A stretch of DNA of 63,609 nt, the filler included, from Rhabdomonas costata (lineage: Eukaryota): NCBI GenBank assembly GCA_019059605.1. It is 57 parts of 57 records of this genome, joined end to end, with 100 filler letters (N's around TTAATTAATTAA, not from the genome) between each part and the next. Parts side by side here need not be neighbours in the genome. Positions count along the whole stretch, not along the records: positions 50,303 to 51,320 come from JAHMHO010033303.1; positions 51,421 to 52,438 come from JAHMHO010033304.1; positions 52,539 to 53,555 come from JAHMHO010033305.1; positions 53,656 to 54,672 come from JAHMHO010033306.1; positions 54,773 to 55,789 come from JAHMHO010033307.1; positions 55,890 to 56,906 come from JAHMHO010033308.1; positions 57,007 to 58,024 come from JAHMHO010033309.1; positions 58,125 to 59,141 come from JAHMHO010033310.1; 49 more parts are not named here. One strand, written 5' to 3'. Below the pieces are notes generated by a model. That model did no database searches, was not told where the DNA came from, and saw nothing but the letters and a program-made list of their open reading frames with translations. This document shows, one piece after another, positions 50,942-63,337 of the stretch. The stretch's first letter is position 1; every line of letters begins with the position of its first letter. The position numbers and the translations under genes were made by a program.

Positions 50942-51577
50942 CTGAAGAATGGGAAACATGGGTGAAGGTGGGGAGGGGATGGTCAAATAATTAAGCTTCA
51001 CATGTTCACATGGGCTTCAGTCGACATCGAGTCGCGTTTGCGGATTAGTAAACCTTATTGAATTGAAGCTAGAAGGAAGAAAGAGAAAGCTAATCGTCAG
51101 CCCTCTTCAGGTAAATAGGAACGGGACGCTGCAGTGAGGGCTCTGTCTTGCGGAATGCAAATTGCTTCATCGAAGAACCACTGCTACATTCACTACCACT
51201 GCGTTAAAAAAAGGTGCTACCAGGGCGCAGATCCTGATTTTGACTGCCGGAAAAGGGCCGGAAAGGAACTGGAGATGTCATTACTGAGTAGTAGCTAGAG
51301 ACTGGGAAGCTACCAACACANNNNNNNNNNNNNNNNNNNNNNNNNNNNNNNNNNNNNNNNNNNNTTAATTAATTAANNNNNNNNNNNNNNNNNNNNNNNN
51401 NNNNNNNNNNNNNNNNNNNNGTTGGTTGGGCTTCGCCCAGACCTTCACGTGTGAGGACCCCGAGCCCGGCTGATGCTCCGCAGCATCGCCTCCGGGTCCT
51501 CACACGTGAAGGTCTGGGCGAAGCCCAAGCAGCAAAAACAGCATGGGGGTACAGTTGGGGCCCATTTAGGGTTGAAT

Positions 51578-51830
51578 GGTAACCGTTACCGGTGACAGCG
51601 GTTATCAATGGTAATCCATGCCAACGGTAGCTGTTACCGGTGGCACCGCCACAACTGGTAACCCACGCCAATGGTAGCCGTAACGGGTGACAGCGGTTAG
51701 CATTGGTAACCCCATCCAATGGCAATTGTGACTGTGACTGGTGGCAGCGGGTACCACTGGTAGCCGATTTCATGGTAACGATTACCGGCGGCAACAGTTA
51801 CTGCTGGTAGCTGATACCACAGTTAACGGT
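51578..51830. repeat. Degenerate array of GGTAAC/GTTACC (GGTNACC-like) motifs
   Basis: More than 10 variants of ggtaac/ggtagc/gttacc in about 250 nt. Confidence 0.6.
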
Positions 51831-54784
51831 TAGCAGTGCTCGATTAAAAGGATCAGGTTAAGATGCCTGCGCACCCGAAATGACCTTTTTAGCGCAAGGG
51901 AATTAGGTAAACCTGGTCATTGCTCCCTGATTGAGTATTTTGGCTCAGCAGCTCAAATCTACTGCTGGAAAACGACGTCTATGGCTGGGGTATGAGCGGA
52001 TGAGTAGGACAGCATTAGCTCTGGGCCGAAGGCCAGCGACCCCATTCTTACAAACAACATGTTTAGATAACCTACGATAGTGCCAAAAGTGCCAACAATG
52101 ATAGCTCAAGGGGGCAATAACCGCTGTGCCAGGGAACCTATATGAGTTTTCTTTGGGTTAGGGTTAACAGTTCCAATGCTAAGGGTTAGGAACTAGCCCA
52201 AGAAGGGTGGCATTATTTTTGGCGCCAATGCGGGAAGCTGAACCGGAACCGTTGCCTGCGCCTGTAATACCTCATGGGTCCATGAGTAACAGTATGTACA
52301 AGAAATAGTTATGTTACGACCCCCCTGCAGTACGTTTCGCTGTCCCTTTCATTCCCTTTCATGCCGAAAACGCTGGAACCCTGGTGCAAGGCAACCCAAA
52401 GAAGGACCTCGAAGTCCTTTGCCATCACCCAACCACAANNNNNNNNNNNNNNNNNNNNNNNNNNNNNNNNNNNNNNNNNNNNTTAATTAATTAANNNNNN
52501 NNNNNNNNNNNNNNNNNNNNNNNNNNNNNNNNNNNNNNTTGTTTGGGTAACGCTACTCGTGAAGGCCTAAGCCGCCATGCCATGGTGGGTATCGCATCAG
52601 CTTCAGCCATTGTGTGTTGGTAATGGACGTCACCAGGTGTGGTGAGTGGGGGGGGGGGCACCAGTGGTTACGCCCCTGCAGAGCATTCAGATTGATCCCA
52701 TCGATCGCCCCAGGCTCTACTGCTGAACACCCAATTAAAAAATCCCTTTCGGTTTCGCAAGGTTGAACCGGCGGGTCTACCTTGTGGTTGGCTTTTCAGC
52801 ACAGGCAGCCAAGAACTGCCAGGCGGATTCGTGCTGACATAACTTCTTCATCCTGTAATTGCCATGGGCCACCGCTGATGTTCAAAGTTTGGCCCTGGTT
52901 CGAACAGTAGCCCGGGGTGAGGCCCACTTAAAACATGTTAGCTTGGGTTTCTACTTTTTTTCTGCTTGTGTATTTTTTTTACACCTTTTCCCAAGCAGTG
53001 AACAGAGTGACACGAGCAGTGAGTGGTCCTCCCTCCCTCTCCCCCTCCTGTCTCCAGTAGTGGTTTGTTTGTTGTTTTGTGCATATCATCCAAATCCTTC
53101 ACCTGTTTAGAAGCCGGGAGGAATCTTATACAGTTTGAACATTCATGGTGCATTCTTTGAATCGTCGCACGTTTTTCTCATCTCTCTGACTTTCTCTCTC
53201 TTTGGGTTTAGGTAGGGGAGGCTCGCGGCCTTCTCAGCCACAGGGTGGATCGTCCAGCGGGGAGCCCGGGTCCAGGCCTGCCCCGAAGCCCCGTGCCCCC
53301 AAGGCTCCCGCACGTGGACACAGACTGCAGGAAGGCTCGCGGGGTACGGCTCCGCGCACAGTGCTCTTCGCTCATAATCTCCTTCCCACCCCAATGCATT
53401 ACAATGCATACAATGCACCCGACGGCCTTCCTTGTTTCTGTATCCCCAACTCCAACTCAGCACTACTGGCCGGAACTGTAACCTTGAACAGGTTCTGTTC
53501 CTTTGGTAATGGCTACCAGTGGCAACCCCCTCGCAACTTTCATGCCACCAACCACNNNNNNNNNNNNNNNNNNNNNNNNNNNNNNNNNNNNNNNNNNNNT
53601 TAATTAATTAANNNNNNNNNNNNNNNNNNNNNNNNNNNNNNNNNNNNNNNNNNNNGTTTGTTGGTCGACACGGTAGCCTCACGTGCTTCATAACTGAATA
53701 ACTGAATTGAGAACTGCAACTGCACGACACCAATGGATACAAATGCAGCTCAGCAAAAGACGACTGAGGTGGTACTGGGGGGAGCACAACTGTTACTGTT
53801 GCAAGTATCGAAAATTTTTGATTTCAAGAAAGGTCGTGGAGAGAAGAATTGTGCCCCAAGGTCACACCAGGTGACCTCGAATTGGCTTAAGGAGTGACTC
53901 GCTCGTCTTCTGACCCATGGAAGTGCTATCCTTTCAGTGATGCACATCGACGGAAAATCAATTTCATTACCCCAGGGAGTCAGATCGCGATGTGCGTGTG
54001 AATGCTTAATAGTTCTGGACACTGGAATTTTCTGTGAAAGTCTTGTACAGTCACAAAGTTTGGAGGCAAATTCGCTGTATGGGCAGTGGCGCACATCTGC
54101 TCTGACCAGGTTGGTTCACCAGACAAGGCACTGCTGCGTCTACTTCATTTTGGGTCACAGTAAGTCTCTCTCGGTTCAAAAAACCGAGTCCAAGGATGCA
54201 ACCCAATTATGCTGTTAAATGAGATGTGTGGCATCGCACTGCGCGCAACAGTGCAAAACCAAGACACAAGAATCAGGCGCATACCGGAGTGAGATTCTTC
54301 TCCTTGATCTTGTACCTAAGGAGGGCAGAGAAGCGTGCGCGCGGGTGGCGGGCGAAAGCTCGGGATAGTCATCACAGAAGTTCCGATGTGACTGGTTCTT
54401 TCCCCTTCAAAAATGTGTGCTCCCCAAAGAACCAATAAGGGCAGCCATAGGGCCTTTATCCGTGGATTCAAAGAGACGGTACACCCAGGCCGCACATTGA
54501 CACATGACAAAAACACACACCCGGGTACAATGTCCTTGAAGATCTCCAACTCCTTCTCCATTGCCTGTGAGCACCCCACCACCACACAAGAGAGAGGGGC
54601 AGAGGCTATGGAGAGGAAGCGCAATCAGCTCAACAGCCTCTTTTGAGATCTTCTGATTGAGTGTGTCATCTTNNNNNNNNNNNNNNNNNNNNNNNNNNNN
54701 NNNNNNNNNNNNNNNNTTAATTAATTAANNNNNNNNNNNNNNNNNNNNNNNNNNNNNNNNNNNNNNNNNNNNGTTGTGTTGGGG

Positions 54785-54947
54785 CCGTGCGCCGGGCGTG
54801 CCGACCAAGCGCCGCACAGCACAGCATGTGGTCGCCGTGCGTGTCTCCCTCGGCGGTGCAAGCGGGGCAGATGGCAGTTTCCAGGGCACTACTTAACCTA
54901 CAAGGAGGATGCACCGATATTCGCAATCTTGAGGCCCGAAATTGCAT
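54785..54947 (-). mobile_element. Decayed fragment of an RLE-type (CRE/SLACS-like) non-LTR retrotransposon zinc finger
   Basis: FRASRLRI...CPACTAEGDTHGDHMLCCAALGRHARR fits FRxALRLRL...CxxC-x-DxxGDHxLxC-x-RxxRH. Confidence 0.6.
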
Positions 54948-55112
54948 AAGTCAATGATGACAGCGCAAAATTGATGGTGTTACGAAAGATGTAGGAACAC
55001 CGACGTGCTGCGTGTGCGACCCATGCCCCCAAGAACTGTGGCACGAAGGCCCCCTGAATTCATGGAAAGGGCCAGTCTAATGCAGGCTCAGCTGTTCGCA
55101 AATAGGTGATTT

Positions 55113-55789
55113 GTGCAAACGGATTTGGGGGAAAAGGATTGGTGGTATGTTGGAGAGTCGCGTGTTTTTCGCACATTTGTTGTTGTTCCCTCAATGGACG
55201 CGGGAGTTTTCTTGACGAGCGCTATCCGGGCTCGTCAAATGAACGCGACTCAGTCAGAGCGTTTCCGCAAACTGACGTGCTTGTTTCTTGATCTGCACGG
55301 AGCACAATATTCCTTGAAGACTCACCACGAGTTCATAAAAGAGATTATCATGGATTGCTTAGACTATGGGTGGGATCCGCAGCGTGACGACGACAAGCGA
55401 CAAGTGGTCCAGCGCTTTGAGCTTCGCCTGCAGTCGTGCCAGAATGGAGCTGACGAAGTTGCTCTCCTTGATTCTCGTGAGCAGCAGGTGCGGGAATTTC
55501 GACGACAGCGCAACCTGGCACGCTTGTCAGCTGTCAGGTCATCGAATGAACGTGCGGATCTTCCGGAAGGCAACAATGCACTTGGTCTCGAATTATGGCT
55601 CACGCGACAAGTTGGCCTTGCCAGTGAAGCGTCGGGCTCTGAAATGTCGTTGTTACCTGCAAACTCCTCATCTGATGGATCAGTCACTTGGCAGGCCCTA
55701 TCAAACCCAGGGTTGTCGCTGACCTCCGCGGAGCGTCTGGCTTCGCATCCTGGCATACCATACGAAGCTCAAATAATGGACCCACCACC
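55113..55789 (+). CDS. Intron-less ORF (>220 aa), unknown; possibly transposon-derived
   Basis: Long open frame running off the contig end; no family recognised. Confidence 0.35.
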
Positions 55790-57006
55790 NNNNNNNNNNN
55801 NNNNNNNNNNNNNNNNNNNNNNNNNNNNNNNNNTTAATTAATTAANNNNNNNNNNNNNNNNNNNNNNNNNNNNNNNNNNNNNNNNNNNNGTGGTGTGGTG
55901 TGGAGTCCGTTGGTCCCTCGGGAATTACGAGCCCGCGGCGTGGCGTCGGAACGCTAAAAGAACTTTTCGTTACGAAATTGGAATTTGTCGAGAATATTCA
56001 AATAATTAATAAATCCGAGTTCCAGAATTTCCATTTTGTTCAGGTGGTTTTTCATGCGGCGTTTCGCCTGTGGGTGTGGCGGAGCTTCCTGTTGTTCATC
56101 CGCACCAGGATTAATTGTGGATTGGCTGTCTCAGTTTTAGCTTTTTTGGCGCTCAGAAGTGTTCTCTTCTGTATACTGTGGAATTCCAAATGGTGGATGG
56201 AAGTTCGCCAGCACTCCGACCAGATCTGGGAGTATGTTGTACGGAGCCCCACAAGCACATGTGGATCTCTCTGGATCTTGCTGCTCTGTTTGGTTGTCGC
56301 AATCATATTCGTATGTGATACCCCCCCACACTGGCGTCACTCCACCCGGCGTCCTTTGTGCGTTTTTATTTGGGACATCTTTGGTTTTGGCCAGTTTTCC
56401 TCAGTTTGCTTTGTACTAAAACAAATTTTCCGTCTAGAAAATGCAGTTTGACAAAACTGTGAGATGGTTTTCCCTAAATGTCCCGCGGACGTTTATGATG
56501 AAAGCTTGCTTGATTTGGGCGCTTAGCGGTGGGACGCTTTTGACCGCTCTCAGGGCACGGAAAGCGGGCGTGTTGGATGGTGGGTTCTTGCGGTTGCCGT
56601 GCTCTTCGGGGTGGCTTTACACCTCACTGCTGTTGTGGAAGGTGAAGTGAAGACGATAAGGCGGGAACATCAGAGTGGGCCTGCCTTTTGAATGCCTTTT
56701 TTCCCGGTCATTTCGTCGGTTCACTCCTGATTTGCAATTTCTTTTTCGCAGAGTCGATGTTGGTCATCTCTGCTCTTGGGGTGCAACTTGCACAGAGGCA
56801 GCGATGCGGGCGCATCACGTGTGCTGTGACCTTTTCCGAGCAAGTGAGACTGACTACTGATATTTTTGGTTTTTGGGTTACCCCCCTGGGTTATTTTCAG
56901 GATGTTNNNNNNNNNNNNNNNNNNNNNNNNNNNNNNNNNNNNNNNNNNNNTTAATTAATTAANNNNNNNNNNNNNNNNNNNNNNNNNNNNNNNNNNNNNN
57001 NNNNNN

Positions 57007-57926
57007 AATGATGAGATATATACTGGAACAGTTGAATTTACCCATTTAGAACTTGTTGAATTGTATACAAGAACTTGATTATTTGAAGCACTTGATATAT
57101 TAAAATCTGATAAATATGAACTTGATAATGTTATGTTAGCCCATTTTGTACTTGTTGAATTGTACACAAGGGCTTGATTGTTTGGTAATGTACCTAATGA
57201 AACATCAGTTAGTGATGATAAATGTATTGGAGTAACATATAATGATAATGTTGACCATCCAGTGCCATTATAAATGTAAGATCCATTATTTGTACTTGTA
57301 GAATCATTTGTTACAAGGCATACATCACCTTCATCTGCTGTCAATGCGTTTCGTTGTGCTATAGTGTTAACAGATGTTACATTCGTAATAGACAGACTAG
57401 GAATTTGAGATGTATTTAATTTTCCGAATCTAATGATGCTAGACCGTTTGCCTGAGCTTTAGAATTTATAAAAGTATCCAAATCAGGTATATCTGATGTT
57501 GTTAATAGCCTATTTCTCCATTTATACCCACCACTTTCGACATTTCCTAATGTATATACAAGTACATGACCAACAGCTAAATCAGAAGCTACAACATCTT
57601 GTAATTGTGAAATTTTATAACCGCATGCTGTACTTGTTAAAGTTACCGCATTTGTTCCATCAGTAATAATAATATTATTTTGATCTCAAATAACTGGATA
57701 TAATCGTCTGTATGCTTCATACAATAATAAGTTCAATTGATTGTATAATATGTTACCAAAAACTTTTTGATAGGTAACAAGAGGATAACCAGAAGTTGAA
57801 TCAGTTGTTACTGTAAAATCAGTACCTGCTATGTAACGATTTTCATAAACCCAATCATCATAGATTCTAGCAAAAAACCCAGTATATCCAGTTCCTAATG
57901 AATATGAAGCTGTATCTGCTGATAAA
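57007..57926 (-). pseudogene. AT-rich viral tail-fibre/adhesin-like gene with an in-frame TGA and a frameshift
   Basis: The frame continues through TGA (57688-57686) to ...KAQANGLASLDS, shifts at about 57426 to GKLNTSQIPSL..., then repeats LSSLTDVS...NQALVYNSTSTKWAN / LSDFNI...NQVLVYNSTSSKWVN. Confidence 0.7.
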
Positions 57927-59393
57927 TTCATTAGGAACTGGATATACTGGGTTTTTTGCTAGAATCTATGATGATTGGGTTTATGAAAATCGTTACATAG
58001 CAGGTACTGATTTTACACAAACAANNNNNNNNNNNNNNNNNNNNNNNNNNNNNNNNNNNNNNNNNNNNTTAATTAATTAANNNNNNNNNNNNNNNNNNNN
58101 NNNNNNNNNNNNNNNNNNNNNNNNTTTGGTACCCAGAAAATGGTTTTGTTTTAATCAACCAAGAAGCGGGTGAATCAGTGTGATTTTTTTGTGGCTGGAA
58201 GCGGAGTCCGCAGACAGCCTTTGGATGGGTGGCGAAACTCTCCCCTGGGGGACTGTCACTCTTCGGGTGTTGGTGTTGAAACTCCACTACTTGGCGCTGA
58301 CTATGACCCTTGGGTTCCCCTTCTTGTTTTCTGTTCCTGTAAAGCATTGTTTTTGAGGTTTCTTGGCACGTTCATCCCAGGTTGCTGGTCCGTAGGTGCG
58401 GGGATTATTCAGGCAGCACGGTAATGAAATTATTATTGCCGTTGACACGTTCGTGGTGAAATCATCAGCCGAAAAGCTCCATAGAGTGCACTCTGTCTTC
58501 TATTTCGCGTTTTCAGGGCGCATTCTTTTCGCAGCTTACCTGTATCTCATTGGTCACTTCCGCTTGATTATGGCGGGTACCTTTGATGTTGTTGTACTTG
58601 TTTTTCTATGCCTTGGAGTGCGGGCTAAGGTCCACAAAACCGAAAACCTCTCCTCGCACGAAGTTAAAGGACCGGTGAATGCCTCGCTCCCATCGGGTGT
58701 GCATTTGGGGACAATCGCATTTTTGGGAGGGCGTTAAACGTTTAGAACTGCTGGTGCTGTGCTAAACGTTTTTGGCTTTTGCGGATTTTTGAAATCGTCG
58801 TTGCTGGGCTTTGACATCCAATTTTAGTATACGTGCGGAGGCCTGCAAGCGTTTGCCGGAGGGGCGGATGGGTGGGGACGTTCAGTTGTGTTAGCGCCGA
58901 TAAACTCCTAGCAGTGCTACAGGTCCGGAGTGGACACTTATGGGGATATAGTATCCTTTGGGCACGGAATTTAGATAAAATGTGTCAACGTCAACTACCA
59001 ACTGCCAAATGCATTTAAACATTTTGGATTAGGTATACTGTTTTTGTGCCTCCTAGACAGAAAATTTGGGGGGTTAACAAATTTTTGCCCGTTTTACACT
59101 GCTTAACGTTAAGCGGGGGATAAACGCCCCCCGCCCCCCCCNNNNNNNNNNNNNNNNNNNNNNNNNNNNNNNNNNNNNNNNNNNNTTAATTAATTAANNN
59201 NNNNNNNNNNNNNNNNNNNNNNNNNNNNNNNNNNNNNNNNNAGCACATGTACCGGAACTTTGGGCTTTTGGGGTTGGAATTATTCCAACTGCTTAATTTT
59301 CAATCTCGCATGGGCCCCTGACGTTGCCAACCTTTTGTTTACTTGGACAAGCGACGCACACAAACATACACGCACGCACGCAGGCACGCACAC

Positions 59394-59615
59394 CGCCCCA
59401 CTAAGGTCCGCCCCCATCGCGCCCAGCGCAGCTCGTGTACGCTTCAGTCCCAGCGCCGACAGCACCTGGGTCACTGTGCCGTACAGCGCGGCGTCCGCTT
59501 GGGCAGTGAGGTCCAGTACCCCGGCCTGCAATGTGGGCCCCGCCAGCACCTCAGCCACCTCATCGCTGCGAGCCACAAACGCCGCCACGGCGAAGGCGGT
59601 GCGGCCACTGCTGTC
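59394..59615 (-). CDS. Exon with a LisH-like motif
   Basis: tttcag| acceptor, |gtgtgc donor; LYGTVTQVLSALGLKRTRAAL resembles LisH LxxLIxxYLxxxGxxxTAxxL. Confidence 0.5.
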
Positions 59616-61545
59616 CTGAAAGTCCCACCCAAGAAACCGTAAAACCATCGCGAAATGGGAGGGAGGAGGCACACTTTAGGTGACCAGCAGCAGAAATGCA
59701 ATAACGTCCTTATTGGTCTTCACGAGCGGAGAGATGGCTCTTCTGGACGGAGAGATATGTGAAAGACATATGCAGAGAGAGGCAGAACCACACTATATAT
59801 GTATCAAAAGTGTTTTCTTTTACGACACCACAACTGCCTTCGACAACACTGGCATGCCCATACAGCGGGAGTACGCACAGTACATCGTTGCACACAATCA
59901 ATAAACACAAAATCGATGCCGCGCGAGCACCTGTCAGCAGTGACAGACGCAGAAGATAAAATCACTTTCCGACATCTGGTAACCTCCCTTCTGCCCCACG
60001 GGTCCCGGGCCATTGTCGTGTGTGATAGTTTTCATCTTTCCACACACATCGGCGCAGCTTTCGCACACTCCACAGCTATGCGAAAAACGTGTTCTCTGCG
60101 GTCCAAGTTTGCACACTGGTTTGTCCAAAATGTGAAAAATCGACTATTTACGTGACAGTAAAAAAAGAATGGCTCCTATCTCTCTGCAGTCACCTGAGTG
60201 GCAGTACTTGAGCCCAGCTTTACGAGGGCTTCCACAGCCTCCGCACACCCCACCACCCNNNNNNNNNNNNNNNNNNNNNNNNNNNNNNNNNNNNNNNNNN
60301 NNTTAATTAATTAANNNNNNNNNNNNNNNNNNNNNNNNNNNNNNNNNNNNNNNNNNNNCGGAGCCCCCAGCGGAGGAGAAGCCAAAGGACCCCCGGAAGC
60401 AGGCCATTCTGGAGCGGAGGATCGCTCACCGGTGCACCCCGAAGTGAGGGGGCGGGGGGGTGGGGGGAAGTGGTGGCAGGGCTAACCTTTCCTTTGGTTG
60501 GCATTGTCGCCCATTCTCAGATGATTGACGACAGAGCAATCGCACCACGATCACGCACAGTAGCACATTAAACATTGTTTTTGATTGTCCTTGTTCGCAA
60601 GCGTAAACACAAGAGGAACTTAGAAAACCAATAGCTTCCCGCCAAAACAATGTGAATGAGAACTTTGAAGATATTCCAAAGAGTTGCAAAAACGCAAAGA
60701 GAATTGTCACGAGAGATGATGCCGGGCTCCTACACGCTGCCCTGGGTGTTGGTTTGGCTCGACATGGCGCTGGTGTGTGCTCGGATGTTGCTCTCTTTTC
60801 TCCTTTCTTAGAATGTACTACCGCCCTGTGGACCACGCAGAAGAGCGACGCGCAAAGCTGGAAGCGGTGCTGTTATCACCCCTCCACTCCCCTTTGGGCT
60901 CCAACAGGATATGTTTGGGGGCACGGGTAAACGAAAACACTTGGGCGAATAAAAAGCTTCAAGACCGTCATGTTGAGGTTTTGGTCATTTCGTTTAAGTG
61001 CCCCAGAACCCCCCCCCCAAAAAAAGTACCTGTTTGATTGTGCACTCCCAAAATAAAAAGAATGAAAAAGGCCCAATAGCTATCACTCCTGCACTGTACA
61101 GTTCCCACATTCCACGGCTAAGCCTTAACGAACACCGCAATCACTTCACAACCACAGTCACACCAAATCGCAGTGGGGCTGCAGATCAAGCCGAACCTTT
61201 CGTCATAAATTTGCTAGAACTGTTCCCATATCCTTTCCCTGTTAAACCATAATCACTCACACAAAACCATTCTACGATGAGATTCTGTAAACCCCCGTCT
61301 TCTGTTATGTTTATACCTGACGGCAAATGAGACGTCTCCACGTCTCTCCGTGCCATTTCCGTTCCACATATGACGNNNNNNNNNNNNNNNNNNNNNNNNN
61401 NNNNNNNNNNNNNNNNNNNTTAATTAATTAANNNNNNNNNNNNNNNNNNNNNNNNNNNNNNNNNNNNNNNNNNNNTGTGGTGGTTACAGCCCTGCTGATC
61501 CGCGAGGAGCCAGAATGCACTGGCTCCATTAGCATCGCGTTTTGA

Positions 61546-61635
61546 TGTGTCGCTTTTGTTTGACACAACCTACCTGCAAGGTTTGTGCACTGTGTCGCTT
61601 TTGTTTGACACAACCTACCTGCAAGGTTTGTGCAC
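61546..61635. repeat. Perfect tandem duplication, 2 x 45 bp
   Basis: TGTGTCGCTTTTGTTTGACACAACCTACCTGCAAGGTTTGTGCAC occurs twice, head to tail. Confidence 0.95.
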
Positions 61636-62140
61636 AAATCTCGAAAGCTGGGTATAATTCTTATTTACTCGTGCCGCAAGCAAGAGTACGGAGAATATGG
61701 TGTGTGTGTGTAAAGGGCTATGTGTGAGGTATGAAAATGTAGGACTGGGAAGAAATGGGCGAACAAAAATCGGGTCAAATCGAGGACCAGAGTTGCTGGT
61801 CGTAGTGCTGGGACTCGACTCGTCTTATAAATGTTAACTTCACACGAGAGGCGGAAGCCGAATAAAAGAAGACCGCACCAACCACACGGTCAGTGAGTGA
61901 GCAGGCGAAGAAGAAGAGGGAGAAGAAAAGGTTCACAGAACCTCACCTCCCACCCCTTACAACGGCGCTTTCTCTATGTCCCTATGCCTCTATGTCCCAG
62001 TGACGCTCCAGCGTTCCCGCACACTGGACCGTGCGCCGACTGCCCAGCGGCGACAGCCCCCGCACTCCATCCCAGCAGCTCCACACCGCCGCAATGCAAT
62101 GCTCTGCCGCGTCCCTGCCTGTGCTGATCAGGTTCCCTTC

Positions 62141-62492
62141 TCAGTCACTGCCGCCGACCTGCAGGCCCATCAGCCTGGCCTCCAAGTCCGCGAGCTGCTG
62201 CTCCAGCTGCGGCACACGCTTGAGCTTCTCCGTCTGCTGGGAGTTTAGCGGAGCACCCCCTCCGCAGCTTTCCTGAAGCTTGCGACACTCCGCCAGCTTC
62301 GCCTTGACCTTCTTGGTCTCCTTCCGCAGAGCAGCCCTGGCCTCCTCCTCTTCCTCTTCCGCTGCTGCCTTGTCTTCCTCCTCTGCAGGCCCCGCGGCTA
62401 GTGCGTTCTGCTTCAGTACCACCACCTCTTCCCCCTCGGCTCCGTCAGCGTCCCACTCTGCGTCCACGTCCACAACCTCAGCCGGAGGCCGT
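62141..62492 (-). CDS. Terminal exon with an eIF2A/PYM-like C-terminal helical hairpin
   Basis: KETKKVKAKLAECRKLQE...PLNSQQTEKLKR...LEQQLADL resembles KKIRxLxKKLRxIxxL...LxxxQxxKL...LxxEL; acidic linker; stop at 62143-62141. Confidence 0.55.
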
Positions 62493-62951
62493 NNNNNNNN
62501 NNNNNNNNNNNNNNNNNNNNNNNNNNNNNNNNNNNNTTAATTAATTAANNNNNNNNNNNNNNNNNNNNNNNNNNNNNNNNNNNNNNNNNNNNGGGGGGTT
62601 GGGGAAAGTTGCTGATGTGAGTCTGACACGAATTCTCTCCAAACAAGAAAGTTAGCAGTTCGCACATCTGGGCAAAAAAACCGTGTAAAGGGCAGTTCAG
62701 CTTCAAGATTTAGCGGATTTTAGGGCGAGAAAGGCACTCTTTCACATCATCGCGGTTGAATTTAAGAAAAAAACCCACAAAATTCCGGAACGCAGAAAAA
62801 GTACTTGCCCTACTGTCGATGTTGGCACAGAACAGGGCACAGACAACGGTTGAGCACTGGGTCTTCTTGGACAGAAAAGAAATACTCCTGATCCCTCAAA
62901 GTCCCCACTGTAGTCCCACCAAAACCAGACAGAAAAAATATAATAACGCAC

Positions 62952-63337
62952 CAATTTTCCCTCGGTTTCCCCTTCCAAGGTGGAAGCCTGAGGAAACCTC
63001 CGGTGGTATTCGCGCAATTCAGCAAGGCGAGTGTAAAAGGAAGAAACCACCCGAGAGGGATTCTCTGTCCCAAGGTTGCTGAAGTCGTCGGATTGAAAAA
63101 TGTCCGTCAGCCTAAAAAACAAACAAACTCGTGCAACAACCAAAATGGTTGGAGGGCCGCAGCGGCCAGAGGAAAAAGACGAGAGGTAAGTGAGGAGGAG
63201 TCACTCGGGAAACCGCATACTGCTTATTTCGACGCTGAATCAAAACCAAGCGGTCATTGATGAAGTGGTCATGCATGACCTGCATCTTCTGGGTGACAGG
63301 CTCATTTCGAAGTTCCAAAATGATCTCTTGTTGGGAT
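62952..63337 (-). CDS. SF3A3: Two exons (63337-63221, 63111-62952) of splicing factor SF3a60/PRP9
   Basis: ...QVMHDHFIN...|...FYTRLAELREYHRRFP matches SF3A3 FYxRLKxIKEFHRKHP; phase-2 GT-AG intron 63220-63112. Confidence 0.85.

Noticed and set aside
55113-55160. YVGES as a GIY-YIG nuclease motif
   Set aside because: No upstream GIY-like strand (in-frame stop just upstream) and no other supporting residues.
57686-57688. TGA-as-Trp/Sec recoding
   Set aside because: There is a single TGA, TGG is used for Trp elsewhere, and a separate frameshift exists, so decay or error is simpler.
57898-58024. Plus-strand ORF sharing LGTGYTGFFARIYDDW with the minus-strand ORF
   Set aside because: Product of the terminal fold-back. 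The ATG at 57931 is also junction-derived.
1019-62592. Regularly spaced identical TTAATTAATTAA units resembling a CRISPR-like or periodic array
   Set aside because: They are embedded in N runs and are a synthetic six-frame-stop linker. ORFs ending in X...N/LIN are artefacts of it.
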